IMG/VR virus record: IMGVR_UViG_3300027804_002057
DNA: 64,000 nucleotides
From: a virus
Strand: one strand, 5' to 3'
Shown: piece by piece, positions 15,450 through 24,898 of the stretch
How the letters are laid out: each line of letters opens with the position of its first letter
How positions within the stretch are numbered: the stretch's first letter is position 1
Notes under the pieces: generated by a model
Databases searched by the model: none
Seen by the model: only the letters and a program-made list of their open reading frames with translations
What the model was told of the DNA's origin: nothing
Translations under genes and position numbers: made by a program

Positions 15450-17726
15450 TTATCTCGATAATCTAAATCCACCTTCGATTTCGGTTTTCCAAAGCATTCC
15501 ATCAATTACATGCTTTACCGATGTTACTTGGAAAAATCCATTTGAATATCCAGCTGGTAATCCTGTAACCATAAACTTATCACCTCTTTTTATTCCACTA
15601 ACACCATGTATACTAAAACTAAATTTTATTGGCATTAATGGACCAGTACCCCCAGATTCGGTTCTTACTGCCTTTACATCATTTTGTTTTTTAAAGAATT
15701 CAAATACGGCTTGGTCATTATATGCAACAATAAAACAGCTTTCACTAAGATTTGCCGAAAAATCAAATTTATCATCCTTATCGGGTCTAGGCATAAATCC
15801 AACTTTATCTAAAAAGAGTTGTAAATTTTTTCTTTTTGCTTCTTCAACTTCTTCTTCAGATGGCCCTTCAGCTGGCGTTGATGGTTGTGCAGGTGGTTCT
15901 TCTCTTTTTCTTATTTCTTTTAAAATTTGGTCATCTTTATCCGTAAACAAACCTTTCTTTTTTGATTTAATATCCTTTTGGCTTCCGTTTATACTTTGCC
16001 CCAATCTATTACCTATAATTTGGTTCATTTTTGCACCACTAATATCTAAATCTAAAGATGCATCAATGAATATAGAATTGTATCCATATAAATCAAACGT
16101 AAATGGAGTATCATTACCAGTTGCAGTTAAATTTAAATCTACAACTTTTAATTCTTCTTGATTTTCATCTGGTATAATTTGGAAATCCCAAAGTCCACCA
16201 GCTGCCCCAGCCATACCATTTAATATTTGATACAAACCATCCTTTATTGAAAAGTTTTTGGTTTCCAATATACCTTTAGCAAAATCTAAATTTACATAAA
16301 GGTCTTCCAAAAATCCCCACTGTCCTTGCTCTTTATTCAAACCTATAAAAGTACCATCTATTTTTTTCTGAACATTCTTTCCAGCAGCAACACCATCTGA
16401 TATAGTTCCTAATGCTGGGAATTGTATAACAGTTCCAGAAGGGTCTTTTACAGAACAATCATCTGTTGCTTCATCACTAACACCATTATCTGTTTCACTA
16501 TTTGCTGCTTTAACAATATCAAATTTAGGAGCTGTTTGGTTTGGTATAAATAATTTTTTCTTATCAGTACTAAATATTTTTCCAAATGCAGTACATACAC
16601 TATTTTCTGTATTTATTTGGGTTTTCAAAACTTTACCACCAATTACAAATCCTTCCATACCAATTTGATTTATAATTTTCATTAGTGTACCAAATTTGAT
16701 AAAAGCATCATCTTTAATAATTTCAGTTCCCGATGGAAATTCTACATTAGCCGTACCACCACCACTTTCAAAAGTGGCTTCTTCATCATTCAACGAAAAT
16801 CCTAACAATTCAGTACCAGCCGTACACTCATTAACTTTTGCTTTTACAGTTTCATCAACATTAATAAAATTTGCGGCATTTGCAACTGTTGGGTCATCTA
16901 TCAAAGACTGAACTCTAAGTGTTCTTCTATTTGATGGTAATCTATTGAATGCCATCATAAAACGTTTCCTACCCAAATCAGATTCAGCAGATATTTGTGA
17001 TGTACTATATTCAGGTGCTGTTTTTTTATTTTCTTCAGAACCTTCTTCTTCCGAATTATCAGCTCCCATAAAGTATGCAGGTAATTCGGTAAATCCAGTA
17101 CATTTTACTGTTATCTCATATGTATCACCATTTATTGAAATACTTCCACCCGTTATAAATCCCAAATAGTTATCGTACATACCACCACAAGATTCCCTAG
17201 CTTTGTTTACGTTATCAAATGTTTGATAATTTGCTATGGTGTTTACATTTAATTTTGAAGAATATGCTTTTAGTGAACGAGCAACATTAAATCCCCATTC
17301 AATAAAAATAGAATAACCAGGTTCTAAAAAATATTCACACAAAGTATCAAGTTGTCCTTTGGTATAAGCTACTATTGTGAATGTTGCTTTTCTACTTAAA
17401 GTACCAGCTCCCTCATCTATTTCCATAGATGAAATATTTGGTTTTGGTCTAAATACAGAATCATTTGCAGCTGCATTTACTGCAGCCCCACCCCAAGTAG
17501 TACCCAATGTACCACTACTCTTACCACCACCATAAATTGAAGCCTCGCCAGCTGCACCAAATAATTTAAAATTTGGATTTGATAATATAACAAGTCCATT
17601 CCCAACTCCAGAAGAAACTCTTACCCAAGCATTAAGCTCTGATATTTTTTGTATATTTTGTTTTCTGGAGTTAAGTTCGGTTTTTACATAACCAGCTATG
17701 TTTGAAAAATTAGGAAAACTACTCAT
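15450..17726 (-). CDS. Probable baseplate hub protein (gp27/Mu gp44/P2 gpD-like)
   Basis: C-terminal FSIHGVSGIKRGDKF.V..LP...GFFQVTSVKHVIDG..WKTEIEG is typical of hub proteins; synteny after tape measure, tube initiator and LysM-like gene. Confidence 0.65.
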   Translation of the reverse strand: MSSFPNFSNIAGYVKTELNSRKQNIQKISELNAWVRVSSGVGNGLVILSNPNFKLFGAAGEASIYGGGKSSGTLGTTWGGAAVNAAANDSVFRPKPNISSMEIDEGAGTLSRKATFTIVAYTKGQLDTLCEYFLEPGYSIFIEWGFNVARSLKAYSSKLNVNTIANYQTFDNVNKARESCGGMYDNYLGFITGGSISINGDTYEITVKCTGFTELPAYFMGADNSEEEGSEENKKTAPEYSTSQISAESDLGRKRFMMAFNRLPSNRRTLRVQSLIDDPTVANAANFINVDETVKAKVNECTAGTELLGFSLNDEEATFESGGGTANVEFPSGTEIIKDDAFIKFGTLMKIINQIGMEGFVIGGKVLKTQINTENSVCTAFGKIFSTDKKKLFIPNQTAPKFDIVKAANSETDNGVSDEATDDCSVKDPSGTVIQFPALGTISDGVAAGKNVQKKIDGTFIGLNKEQGQWGFLEDLYVNLDFAKGILETKNFSIKDGLYQILNGMAGAAGGLWDFQIIPDENQEELKVVDLNLTATGNDTPFTFDLYGYNSIFIDASLDLDISGAKMNQIIGNRLGQSINGSQKDIKSKKKGLFTDKDDQILKEIRKREEPPAQPSTPAEGPSEEEVEEAKRKNLQLFLDKVGFMPRPDKDDKFDFSANLSESCFIVAYNDQAVFEFFKKQNDVKAVRTESGGTGPLMPIKFSFSIHGVSGIKRGDKFMVTGLPAGYSNGFFQVTSVKHVIDGMLWKTEIEGGFRLSR

Positions 17727-17729
17727 AGT

Positions 17730-18017
17730 TTATTTTGTAAAATTATTTTCTATTTGAATATAGTTTAAAGGTATTCTTAATATAGTACCATCTTTTAATC
17801 CCATAGGAGCATCATGTATATTATTTGCAGCTGCTATAACCCACCAAAGAGATGCATCTTCATAATATTCAAACGCAAGAGTATCCAATCTATCTCCAGT
17901 TTCTGTCATTACATATACATCACTATCTGTCAATGGAATATTTGGGTATATTTTTGGTCTAAATACCTCTCTACCATCAAAAGTTTTTTTCGTTGTATTA
18001 TTTGTATATCTACCCAT
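17730..18017 (-). CDS. LysM-like baseplate wedge protein (tail X/gp53-like)
   Basis: GDRLDTLAFEYYEDASLWWVIAAANNI...GTILRIP. Confidence 0.85.
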   Translation of the reverse strand: MGRYTNNTTKKTFDGREVFRPKIYPNIPLTDSDVYVMTETGDRLDTLAFEYYEDASLWWVIAAANNIHDAPMGLKDGTILRIPLNYIQIENNFTK

Positions 18018-18018
18018 A

Positions 18019-20436
18019 TTAACTTACATTTGAACTTGCTTCATAAAATTTACCTTCTTCATCCGAATAATATCCCATTCTACTTAATTGCCATTTTAAA
18101 GATGCCTTTACCGCTGGTTCTCCTTCTGTTAAAGTATATTTTCCATTTTCGTCTGTAAAGCTATTAGTGAACCCAAGGTAATATCCTTTTTCGCCAATTT
18201 TTTTGCCATCAGCATATATTTGACCATAAATAGTATCACCCTGAACATAGGTTTCTACTTTATAAGAAGGTAATTTTGGTTTTTCTATTGCTGATTCATT
18301 TTCTTTTTTATTTGTTGAATTTGTTGTAGTTGTATTATCACCAGAATTAGTTACACCTTTACCAGAATTAAGTTCAGAACTATTTGGATTTTTAAGTTGT
18401 TTTGGTTTTAATTTCTTAACCTTTGTATTTACTTCTTCATCATTTGTAGTGGATAATTCTTCTGTATTATTAGCATCATCTAACTTTTGTGAATTTGTTG
18501 TTGCTGCTCCAGCACCAGATTGTGCTTTTGGTAATTTATCAAATCCGTAAAAATTACCAGCAGAAGATGTACTAACAGATTCAACAAATTTTAATGTAAT
18601 ACTTACATCTACAATTATTGGTAATTTGTAATCTTTCATTAAAGCCGTACTTCCATTTATTCCAACCGGTGAATCTTCACCAACACCAATAGAACCAATT
18701 TCCCAACCACCATTATCATCCATAGTATAACTTAATGATTCTATAAATGCATTTTTGTTTTTATATAAATTTCCCAACGTAAATGTTACAAATGGTGGTA
18801 TAGCATATGCACCACTATAACCTTGTGGATATGTTAGACTTGTTAAAAAATTCAACCTTTGCCATGCAGCAACATGCTGTAATGGTGTTGTTGAATATAC
18901 TTTAAAATTAAAACTTACACTTCTTTCTATACCACTATATGTGTAATAACTATATGGATTTCCTATAAATTTTGCAGAATCCCAAGATGGTGATACCGTT
19001 TCACTAATACCAGTTACAGTTGCTCTAAAATTAACGCTCTGCCCCGTTCCCTTTGACCTAAACTTTAATGTTATAAAATCATAATCATCTAATATTGTAC
19101 CATCTTTAAGTTTCAAAGTTTCGCCAGCATATTGTGTTTTTTCATTCAAAAAATCAAGTTTGTCTTTACTCTCAATACCATATCTTGTTTTTAAAGTTTG
19201 ACCTTTTTTATCTATTTTTTTATTTTTAAAAATAGAATATTGATTTTTTGATACATTTGTTCTTGAAAGTGGCGATAATCCTTTTCTATCACCTTCAGCC
19301 AATTCTTCTCTAGCAGTTAATAGACTATCTAAATAAGTTGATAAATCATTTCTTAATTCTATATCATCCGATGTTTCATCTACTGTACCAGAATATGTTA
19401 TTGTTGGGTTTGGTGTTGTTTCTGTTGCTCCTTCTTTAGTATCACCAATTTTTTTACCAATACCTAAAGATTGTTGACCTTCTTTTTTAGCTTGAGATAA
19501 TTTATTTTCAGTTTTTTCTTTTAAATTACCGAGCGAATCTCCCAACTTAGAAAAAGGATTTTTTGCTTTTTCTATACCCTTTCCTTTTGGTACTAATTCA
19601 TCTATTCTTTTATTAACAGCAGGCCCACCACCCAATTCTTTTGTTTCTTGAGCAACTAAAATAGATGAAAGGTCATTTCTACTAAAATAATCTTCATCAT
19701 AAGGATTTATAGTATTTGAATATTTTGCACTACTATCGTATTGTACTTCACTATCACTTTTTTTAGCTAAATTTTGTGCACCTTCTTTTGCTGCCCCAAA
19801 TAATTTTTTCTTAACTGTACTTTTTAGTACATTTATACCAGCACCTAAAACTTGGTTTCCTATTTGTTTTGGAGTACCTTTAGCATTTTGTGCTAATAAT
19901 TTACCAACTAAATTTCCAGCACCATCTCTTTTAATTTTTGCTAAAGTAGCCATTGTATCAGGTTCTTTACCTGCTTTAAAATCAGAATTTAAAGATATAC
20001 GAGTTGGTATTAGTTTTGTAGGAAGTTGTATTCCTATTTTATTTAATAATTCCTGTCCTTTTGCTTTACCCTTTTCAAATAAATTACCAAGCAAACCATT
20101 ATCAGCTGAATTGTTTGGGTTTACGGAATCTTTCATAGCCGTAACCATTTCAGTTTTTTGTGTACTTAATTTAAAAATATCAGTACCATATATTACAGGC
20201 CCAGAAAGTTTTGATATTATTCTTAATCCCGTTACTTCTTCTTCAATTCTTGTTTCTCTTAATCTAGATGATAAATTTCTTCTTGCTACTTGCGCCAACT
20301 TAAATGGTAAATCCATAGCACCAGTAGATGAACGTAACATCATCTCTTTGGCATCACGAATTTCATATTTTTCAGCAGCTGTTTTACCATCCGCTAATTT
20401 TTTCGTCTTAAATAATTCTTCTATTGTTTTTCCCAT
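18019..20436 (-). CDS. Baseplate tail-tube initiator-like protein (gp48/gp54-type tube fold) with long extensions
   Basis: FRATVTGISETVSPSW....IG....YTYSGIERSVSFNFKV...PPFVTFTLGNLY...FIESLSY; synteny. Confidence 0.6.
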   Translation of the reverse strand: MGKTIEELFKTKKLADGKTAAEKYEIRDAKEMMLRSSTGAMDLPFKLAQVARRNLSSRLRETRIEEEVTGLRIISKLSGPVIYGTDIFKLSTQKTEMVTAMKDSVNPNNSADNGLLGNLFEKGKAKGQELLNKIGIQLPTKLIPTRISLNSDFKAGKEPDTMATLAKIKRDGAGNLVGKLLAQNAKGTPKQIGNQVLGAGINVLKSTVKKKLFGAAKEGAQNLAKKSDSEVQYDSSAKYSNTINPYDEDYFSRNDLSSILVAQETKELGGGPAVNKRIDELVPKGKGIEKAKNPFSKLGDSLGNLKEKTENKLSQAKKEGQQSLGIGKKIGDTKEGATETTPNPTITYSGTVDETSDDIELRNDLSTYLDSLLTAREELAEGDRKGLSPLSRTNVSKNQYSIFKNKKIDKKGQTLKTRYGIESKDKLDFLNEKTQYAGETLKLKDGTILDDYDFITLKFRSKGTGQSVNFRATVTGISETVSPSWDSAKFIGNPYSYYTYSGIERSVSFNFKVYSTTPLQHVAAWQRLNFLTSLTYPQGYSGAYAIPPFVTFTLGNLYKNKNAFIESLSYTMDDNGGWEIGSIGVGEDSPVGINGSTALMKDYKLPIIVDVSITLKFVESVSTSSAGNFYGFDKLPKAQSGAGAATTNSQKLDDANNTEELSTTNDEEVNTKVKKLKPKQLKNPNSSELNSGKGVTNSGDNTTTTNSTNKKENESAIEKPKLPSYKVETYVQGDTIYGQIYADGKKIGEKGYYLGFTNSFTDENGKYTLTEGEPAVKASLKWQLSRMGYYSDEEGKFYEASSNVS

Positions 20437-20438
20437 CT

Positions 20439-22961
20439 TTAAGTTTTAGCGTATGAATTTGTACTTAATCTAGAAACTACTTTTCCTATATTAGATGTAA
20501 CTTTTTGTCCATCAATATTAACCGCTATCTTACCAGAATTTAAATCAGTTCTTAATCCTTTTATTTCCGCAATCAATTCATCTGTCTTACTATCACCTTC
20601 ACCTTCACCACCACCCATAATTGCTGCTGCGCCACCTGCTATTAATCCTAAAGCAAGTAATGCTGGAAGTGCTAACATACCAGTAACAGCTACTGCTGCT
20701 AATGCTCCCGATAATACCGTTAGTGCAGTAGCCAAACCAAATATAGGCATAAAGTTAATTTGAGATAATGCGGATATTTGTTCCATTATTATAGGAATTG
20801 TTGGTGCTAATGCGTTTAATGCATTTGTTACCATCATCAATCCTGCTCCAGCCAACATCATAAATGGAGCTGCTGCGCCTAATACAAGCATAGATGCTGC
20901 TAATCCAACCATTCCCAATCCAAATTGAATATATGGTGCATCAGCAAATGCCGTCATACCTGCTGCAAATAATGGTAATGCTTCTCCCATCATTGCCATA
21001 CCTTTTGCTACTTCTTGCGAAGCTATTCCAAACACATAAAATGCTGCGGATGCAACTAATAATGCTGCTGCTCCAATTAATATCATTGGACCAACTGCTC
21101 CTAATATTGCAGCAACACCACCTAATAATGTCATAGCTCCAATACCAATAAATACATTTGCCCAATTTATATCATCACCAAATGCATTAGCTGCTTTAGC
21201 AAATACATAAAGTGCTGCTCCTAATATTAATAATGCTGCTGCTCCTTTAAGTAATGCAGTTGTATTCATTTTACCAAATGCTCCAGCTTTATCTGCTCCA
21301 GGTGCCCCACCACCAGCTGGCGGAGTTGGTGCAGTTGATGGTGCTGCTCCAGGTGCTCCACCACCTTTAAATAATTTTCCTATAACCGGAATCTTAGAAG
21401 CCATTCCCTTCACATCCATACCCATTTGTGCAAAAGAACCGCCCATTTGTGCAGCTCCTAACACCATACCACCCATAGTTTTTAAGAATCCACCAGAAGC
21501 AGTTGCTGCTCCAGTTATAGATTCCCATATAGTACTCCATTGTGATTGCTGAACACTACCATCATCATTTAACTTATCAGAGTTAGCTGCCATCTTTTGG
21601 AATTCATCAACCGATAATCCTAACAATTCGGCTGCTTTTCTCTTTTGGAAAATATCCATTTTATTGAATGCTTCAATACCGCCTAAACTTTGTAATGTTT
21701 CTTTTACAGCTCCACCAATGTTACCTTCATATGCTAATGCTCTTGCTCTATCTAAATTAATATTTTTGCCAAGCATAGCACCCAATTCCATCTCTTGATT
21801 TATTGATGTTTCAAAATCTAGTAGAGAATCAGTAACTTTTGTTAAGGAATCCATACCCACACCAAGCTTAGCTGCTGATACAGCTGCTTTAGCTATATTG
21901 ATACCACCATCCTTGCCATATTCAGCAAATTTCTCAGCTGAACCAGCAACATCTTTCATTACCTGGTCAACAGGAACTCCAGCTGCTTTAGCCATTGATT
22001 TGGTAGTTGCTGCCATATCCATAGCAGTATCTGCTGACATATTATTTAATCTAGCAAAACTACCAACTACATTTGCAGCTTCTTCACCACTAATACCCAT
22101 ATTAGTAGCCATTAAATTGGTATTTAATTGCGTACTAAGGGATACATCCTTTAATCCACCAAATTGTTTAGATAATGATTTTGCAGTTTCTTCTGCATCC
22201 TCAAATATAAAACTAAGTCCTAATGCTGAAAATTGTGCTGAATCAATAAATCCACCAAAACTTCTAATATTTTTTCCTAACTTATCTGCTGCAAATCCAG
22301 CACCTATCAATCCCATACCCAATGCTCCCATTGGTCCAGATGTTAAAATGGATAATGTATCAAAAATACCACCTATGGATTTTTTTATTGATTCATACAC
22401 TTCAACTTGTGCTTCAAGTTGTTCCTTTTGTCCTTCTGTTAGATTTGATATATTTTTTGCAAATTCAAATTGTTGTTTTAAATTTTTTACAATGTGAGAA
22501 TGAATTCCTCTTGACCCTTCTAAATCTGCTAACTCACTTTCTATTTGTTTTTGTATTAATTGTCTTGAAATACTATCTTCCGCCGATAACTGAGCTAATT
22601 GTTGATTTAGGTCCGATATTTTTTCAAACTGCTTAACTTTATCAGCATCCATTTTAAGGTTCTTAGCTTGCTTTTCTACTCTTTGTAAATCGAGCTTTCC
22701 AAGCTGAGTATAGATACCTTTTAACTCTTTTGCTTTTGATTGTTGTTGAGTTAAACTATCGACATAATCTTGAGTTGTTTGTTTTACTTCTAATACTTGA
22801 GAGTTTATTTCTTTCAATTGAACGATAAGCGCTTTATACTCAGGTTTTGCTTTTATGGCAGCTCTAGCCAAAGCATCGCCGCCAGCATCCTTAAGCATTT
22901 CATTCATCTGTTTTTTTAAATCAGATATTTGCTTTTTAAAATCGTTAATATTATCTGCCAT
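20439..22961 (-). CDS. Tail tape measure protein
   Basis: N-terminal coiled coil, LLDFETSI..EME...LGKNINLDRARALA, long Ala/Gly/hydrophobic C-terminal half; lies downstream of the tube and chaperone genes. Confidence 0.88.
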   Translation of the reverse strand: MADNINDFKKQISDLKKQMNEMLKDAGGDALARAAIKAKPEYKALIVQLKEINSQVLEVKQTTQDYVDSLTQQQSKAKELKGIYTQLGKLDLQRVEKQAKNLKMDADKVKQFEKISDLNQQLAQLSAEDSISRQLIQKQIESELADLEGSRGIHSHIVKNLKQQFEFAKNISNLTEGQKEQLEAQVEVYESIKKSIGGIFDTLSILTSGPMGALGMGLIGAGFAADKLGKNIRSFGGFIDSAQFSALGLSFIFEDAEETAKSLSKQFGGLKDVSLSTQLNTNLMATNMGISGEEAANVVGSFARLNNMSADTAMDMAATTKSMAKAAGVPVDQVMKDVAGSAEKFAEYGKDGGINIAKAAVSAAKLGVGMDSLTKVTDSLLDFETSINQEMELGAMLGKNINLDRARALAYEGNIGGAVKETLQSLGGIEAFNKMDIFQKRKAAELLGLSVDEFQKMAANSDKLNDDGSVQQSQWSTIWESITGAATASGGFLKTMGGMVLGAAQMGGSFAQMGMDVKGMASKIPVIGKLFKGGGAPGAAPSTAPTPPAGGGAPGADKAGAFGKMNTTALLKGAAALLILGAALYVFAKAANAFGDDINWANVFIGIGAMTLLGGVAAILGAVGPMILIGAAALLVASAAFYVFGIASQEVAKGMAMMGEALPLFAAGMTAFADAPYIQFGLGMVGLAASMLVLGAAAPFMMLAGAGLMMVTNALNALAPTIPIIMEQISALSQINFMPIFGLATALTVLSGALAAVAVTGMLALPALLALGLIAGGAAAIMGGGEGEGDSKTDELIAEIKGLRTDLNSGKIAVNIDGQKVTSNIGKVVSRLSTNSYAKT

Positions 22962-22969
22962 TTTTTAGA

Positions 22970-23182
22970 TTATTCGTAATCTTTTAACATTTTTTGCAAT
23001 TCCTTAGCAAGTTTATCAATATCATCCATTTTCTTAACAATTGGAATTGGCATATCTTTGCTTTTCTTTGCTTTTTGTAATGCTGAATTTATAGCATTTG
23101 TTTTTAAACCATCAAAAAATGCATCTGAAAATTTTTTAGCCGTTCCAAATAATCCTTCTTGTTGTATTTCTTTGTTAGACAT
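22970..23182 (-). CDS. Hypothetical protein, 70 aa
   Basis: ORF with ATATTTATA motif about 20 nt upstream. Confidence 0.65.
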   Translation of the reverse strand: MSNKEIQQEGLFGTAKKFSDAFFDGLKTNAINSALQKAKKSKDMPIPIVKKMDDIDKLAKELQKMLKDYE

Positions 23183-23218
23183 AGTTTTATTAGTTATATT
23201 CTATAAATATTGGCAAAT

Positions 23219-23251
23219 AAAAAAGTGAGGATATTAACGCATCCTCACTTT
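23219..23251 (-). terminator. Intrinsic terminator overlapping the chaperone stop codon
   Basis: aagtgaggat / atcctcactt stem followed by a T-run on the minus strand. Confidence 0.8.
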
Positions 23252-23446
23252 CGGTGTTTTCATTTTAGATTGAGCTTTTTTAGCTTCTTCAGCTTCTTTT
23301 TTCTTCAATTCTAACAACTTATTGAAATAGAATTTACGAAGATACGTTGGCATGTAATAAACCTCTGACCAAGTAAATCCATTACTAAACTGAACCATTT
23401 CCCAAATTTGGGTATGAAGTTGAGTTCTATAATCAGTTGGAAGGGT
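23234..23446 (-). CDS. Tail/hub assembly chaperone, downstream part (T4 gp51-like); probably reached by frameshift
   Basis: LHTQIWEMV...GFTWSEVYYMPTYLRKFYFNKLLE; overlaps the upstream gene at a T7 run. First ATG is at 23398. Confidence 0.65.
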   Translation of the reverse strand, partial: TLPTDYRTQLHTQIWEMVQFSNGFTWSEVYYMPTYLRKFYFNKLLELKKKEAEEAKKAQSKMKTPKVRMR

Positions 23447-24248
23447 AAAAAAAGGAAACCCCAAATGGTATATCCAGCGCCTCCGTTTCGCCAGATAAAT
23501 CTGATGTGAATTGGAATTTCATATCCAAATCAGGTGATATTTCTTTTACATATGCTCTAAATGCTTTAGTATCCTTTGCTAAGAAAGAATTTACTACCCA
23601 TCTATTTACAAATCCTCTATCTTCATTTCCATCAACTGATACAATCATATATTTTAATCGAGTTGTTACATCAAAAGAATTTCCAGAGTTTTTATTTAAT
23701 TTTTCCAAAGCTTGTACTTCTTTTGTAATCTCTTGCTCATCACCATGAGTTAAAAGCTTAAATACAATTTCTTTTCCGTTTGATGGTAATTTAAATGTAT
23801 ATTTATTTTTAGAATTTAAAACACTCTCATCAATATCTTTTGTTTGTACCTTACCCAAATCAATTACTGTATCTTGCTTTTCTAAAGTAAATGGGTCAGT
23901 AATTTCAACATGATAATCAGCACCATATCCTAAAATACGAGTAGCCATTAAAATAGCGTTTTTATCACCAATGAAAACGTCATTAGGATTAACACCAGGT
24001 TCAACTAATACTGATTCAAATAATTTGTCTAATACAATACCTTTTTTAATAAGGTTTTGGTTTGCAAGAATATCTTCTTCTCTTGCTGTCATATACTTTA
24101 TCTCACAAGTACCCTTTCTTAATGGGTGTCCTTCTGGATAAACCAATCCTTTAGATGGTAACTCAATTACTTCCGTAGGGAAATCAAATTTAGGAGTTTC
24201 AACCTGTCTAGGTGTTGGATTTTGTTGTGCAATATTAACTTCTGCCAT
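23433..24248 (-). CDS. Baseplate hub/tail assembly chaperone (T4 gp26-like)
   Basis: IELPSKGLVYP, IKYMTAREEDIL, GDKNAILMATRILGYG, ends SFFYPSN; lies between tube and tape measure genes. Confidence 0.78.
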   Translation of the reverse strand: MAEVNIAQQNPTPRQVETPKFDFPTEVIELPSKGLVYPEGHPLRKGTCEIKYMTAREEDILANQNLIKKGIVLDKLFESVLVEPGVNPNDVFIGDKNAILMATRILGYGADYHVEITDPFTLEKQDTVIDLGKVQTKDIDESVLNSKNKYTFKLPSNGKEIVFKLLTHGDEQEITKEVQALEKLNKNSGNSFDVTTRLKYMIVSVDGNEDRGFVNRWVVNSFLAKDTKAFRAYVKEISPDLDMKFQFTSDLSGETEALDIPFGVSFFYPSN

Positions 24249-24306
24249 AACTTTCTATCTTTTTAGTTTGTATATATAAATACATAAATCTAAAAAAATT
24301 GGAAAT

Positions 24307-24335
24307 AAAAAAGGGATACCTTTTGAGTATCCCTT
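24307..24335 (-). terminator. Intrinsic terminator after the tail tube gene
   Basis: aagggatac / gtatccctt stem followed by a T-run on the minus strand. Confidence 0.8.
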
Positions 24336-24356
24336 AGTTTTATAGTTTTTCTTAGA

Positions 24357-24845
24357 TTAGAATTCAAGAATTGCGTAATCGTAAGCCAATGATAATTCAA
24401 TTGTTGCGGGTTCATTAGAATCGAAAGAAACATCACCAAAGTTTGCAGATACGATAAATGCACCTTTTAGTTTCCATTGTTCAATCTTATCACCAACAGG
24501 ACCTAGCATATAGAAATCAATATCTTTTTTATAGAAATCTGCATATCCACGTCTACCAGTGATTGATTCGTGTCCTAAACGTACCCACTCCATTACCGCT
24601 TGTGCTCCAGATGGAACAATTGGGTCATATAGAGTAATGGTAATATCTTGCCACTCACCTTTACCTTGTAATTTTCTTTTGATATTGATGTGGTCTAACA
24701 CAACCGGCTCAAATTGAATTGAAGGTCTAGCTGCCGCCTTTACCATATATGAAGGAATTCCATCGATTTCCATCACATATCTATTTTTCATCTTAGGTTC
24801 GAAGTTCGTATAGAACATCTTGTCAAACTCTAGTATTTCTGCCAT
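24357..24845 (-). CDS. Tail tube protein (gp19-like)
   Basis: FEPKMKNRY, GKGEWQDITITLYDP, EQWKLKGAF, IELSLAYDYA; immediately follows the sheath gene. Confidence 0.9.
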   Translation of the reverse strand: MAEILEFDKMFYTNFEPKMKNRYVMEIDGIPSYMVKAAARPSIQFEPVVLDHINIKRKLQGKGEWQDITITLYDPIVPSGAQAVMEWVRLGHESITGRRGYADFYKKDIDFYMLGPVGDKIEQWKLKGAFIVSANFGDVSFDSNEPATIELSLAYDYAILEF

Positions 24846-24898
24846 TTTATTGTCCTTTTATTTTATATTAATAAATATCAGTTTGCTTCAAATTCATA

